Translations under genes and position numbers: made by a program
The notes under the pieces: model-generated
What the model was told of the DNA's origin: nothing
The model's input: only the letters and a program-made list of their open reading frames with translations
The model's database searches: none
From: Moniliella sp. 'wahieum'
Taxonomy: Eukaryota
Direction of reading: 5' to 3'
Assembly: GCA_003971905.1 (NCBI GenBank)
Contig: RSEE01000010.1
Span: 310,001-374,000, forward strand
DNA: 64,000 nucleotides
Part shown: one piece after another, positions 62,484 through 64,000 of the stretch
Layout of the letters: every line of letters starts with the position of its first letter
Position numbering within the stretch: position 1 is the first letter of the stretch

Positions 62484-64000
62484 ATGGCCCACCGCAGCGC
62501 TGCGCTCATGCCCGACGCGCGCCATGCGCCCTCGGGCGCTGGCTCGTCCCCCCTGCAGCAGCGCCTGCGCGCCCTCCTGCCGCTCCTTGCCGCTGCCCAG
62601 CACTGCGCAGCGGCGGGCATGTACGCCGCCGCCTACGTCTTCCTGCGCTGGATCCCCTCCTCCCTCGCCCTCCACGCCGTCCTGGCCGCCTTTCCCCTCT
62701 GGGCCGCCCTCGCCCTCCTCACCCGCAGCCTCCGCCCCGCGCCCACCGCCACCGCCACCGCTCCTGCCCCCACCCAGGCCACCAGCAGATGCACCGCCCC
62801 GCCTTGCTCGCCCGCCGCGCCCGCCGCTCCCTCTGGCTCCTCCACCTGGCCGTCTTCTTGTTTGTCTTTGACGCCGCCTTCTCCCCCTACCTCTTCCCCT
62901 CCCACTGGGCCCGCCACCTCGACGTCTTCCGCTCCGTGCCCCTCGGCCCGACGCGCACACGTGTCCATGTCCGCTTCCCCTTCCCCTTTGGCGAAGAGCA
63001 GTACCTGGCCGCCCGCGGCGGCGCTGGCCCCGATCCCTTTTCCTCTTCCCCCAACCCCGACAGCTTGGATGCCGCCTTGATCCTCAACCCGTACCCGCTC
63101 CGCATTGTGTACCGCGAGTCGCCTCTGGCTGGGGACAGTCTTATTGATTCCCGCTGGGAGCGCGGGCCATTGCTCCATCTCACCGAAGCCCGCGATTGGA
63201 CTGCAACGGCTACCCTGTCCAACCTGTGGCCTGCGACCACGTACGAATGGACAGTGGCCTTTGCTCACAACCATACCCGTCCTCTGCGCGAACAAGTGCG
63301 TCAATTTACCACCTTCCCCGACCCCCGCATGCCCCGGCCCAAGCTTCCCTCGCCGTCTCAACAGGCACCTCCTGTGACTCCCGTTTCGGTTGCACCAGCA
63401 GCTACGGCTACGCTGACTGAACCTGCCCCCTCCTCTGCCGAAGCTTCTGGTGAAGAAGGAAACGAAGAAGAAGCGGGCACAGTGGAACCCCCCTCGACCG
63501 AGCCTACGGCAGTTCTGGAGACGGTTATTGTGGAACCGGTGGATGAATGGACAGTGGATCGTCCCTATCCGATTGTGCCACGCCCCCTGCCAACTGGGCC
63601 GGCTTCGGTGCCGGACGACGACCCTTACCACTTTACCTTTGGGTCGGCCTCATGCGTCAAGGCTGATGTGCCGTGGAACGTTGCTCAGTTCAAAGGGTGG
63701 GCGTGGGCGCTGCGCATGCTGGGCGTCTCGTCTGCAGGACGCAACCGGATCCGCGGCCTGGAGCTCTTGGCGGATCGAGCTGCTCAGGGTGGCCTCCGCT
63801 TCTTCCTCCAAGTAGGCGATTGGATCTATGCGGATGTGCCTTGGTTTACTTCCTCCCTCACACGAACGTCGTTGCTTTCGCACTACCCGCAATCTTTACC
63901 GCGGTGTGCATGCTTCGCTCGGGTGGCAACGGTTGGAACAAGTCGGTACACCCTTTTATGGCGCAGCCGACGATCACGAAGTCTTGAACAATTGGTCTGG
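62484..64000 (+). CDS. PhoD-like alkaline phosphatase (partial, runs off the window)
   Basis: N-terminal hydrophobic YVFLRWIP segment, F.TFPDP, FTFGSASCVK, FFLQVGDWIYADVP and YGAADDHEVLNNW metal-ligand motifs. Multiple frame breaks. Confidence 0.85.

Overview
GC-rich, gene-dense fungal DNA with few short GT-AG introns. It is most consistent with a basidiomycete, probably Ustilaginomycotina (inference from gene structure only). About 17 host protein-coding genes: RPL12, an OPT transporter, a cytochrome-b5/MAPR protein, C1-THF synthase, VCX1, STE11, an I9 protease inhibitor, a DUF1772 protein, RPS15, PEX7, a syntaxin, a Zn2Cys6 factor, a DHA1 MFS transporter, a NUP2-like nucleoporin, VPS54, SKY1 and a PhoD-like phosphatase. 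There is also one tRNA-Ala(AGC). Many conserved genes carry 1-2 nt indels, mostly in G/C homopolymers, which look like consensus errors, so CDS limits are approximate. Mobile DNA: a 5.3 kb DNA transposon with perfect 22 bp TIRs, a 2 bp TSD and an intron-containing CACTA/EnSpm-like transposase, plus five copies of a ~235 bp LTR (solo with TSD, nested or degraded). The most unusual signal is non-coding. Intergenic DNA is full of 7-bp-period motifs T[G/C]A-(4 bp palindrome)-T[G/C]A that use 15 of the 16 possible palindromes and mostly fit the rule TSA.xy -> TSA.xy.y'x'.TSA.xy. They appear inside old but not young LTR copies, which suggests a recurrent, site-directed, hairpin-mediated +7 bp mutational process. 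All calls are by eye; no searches were run.
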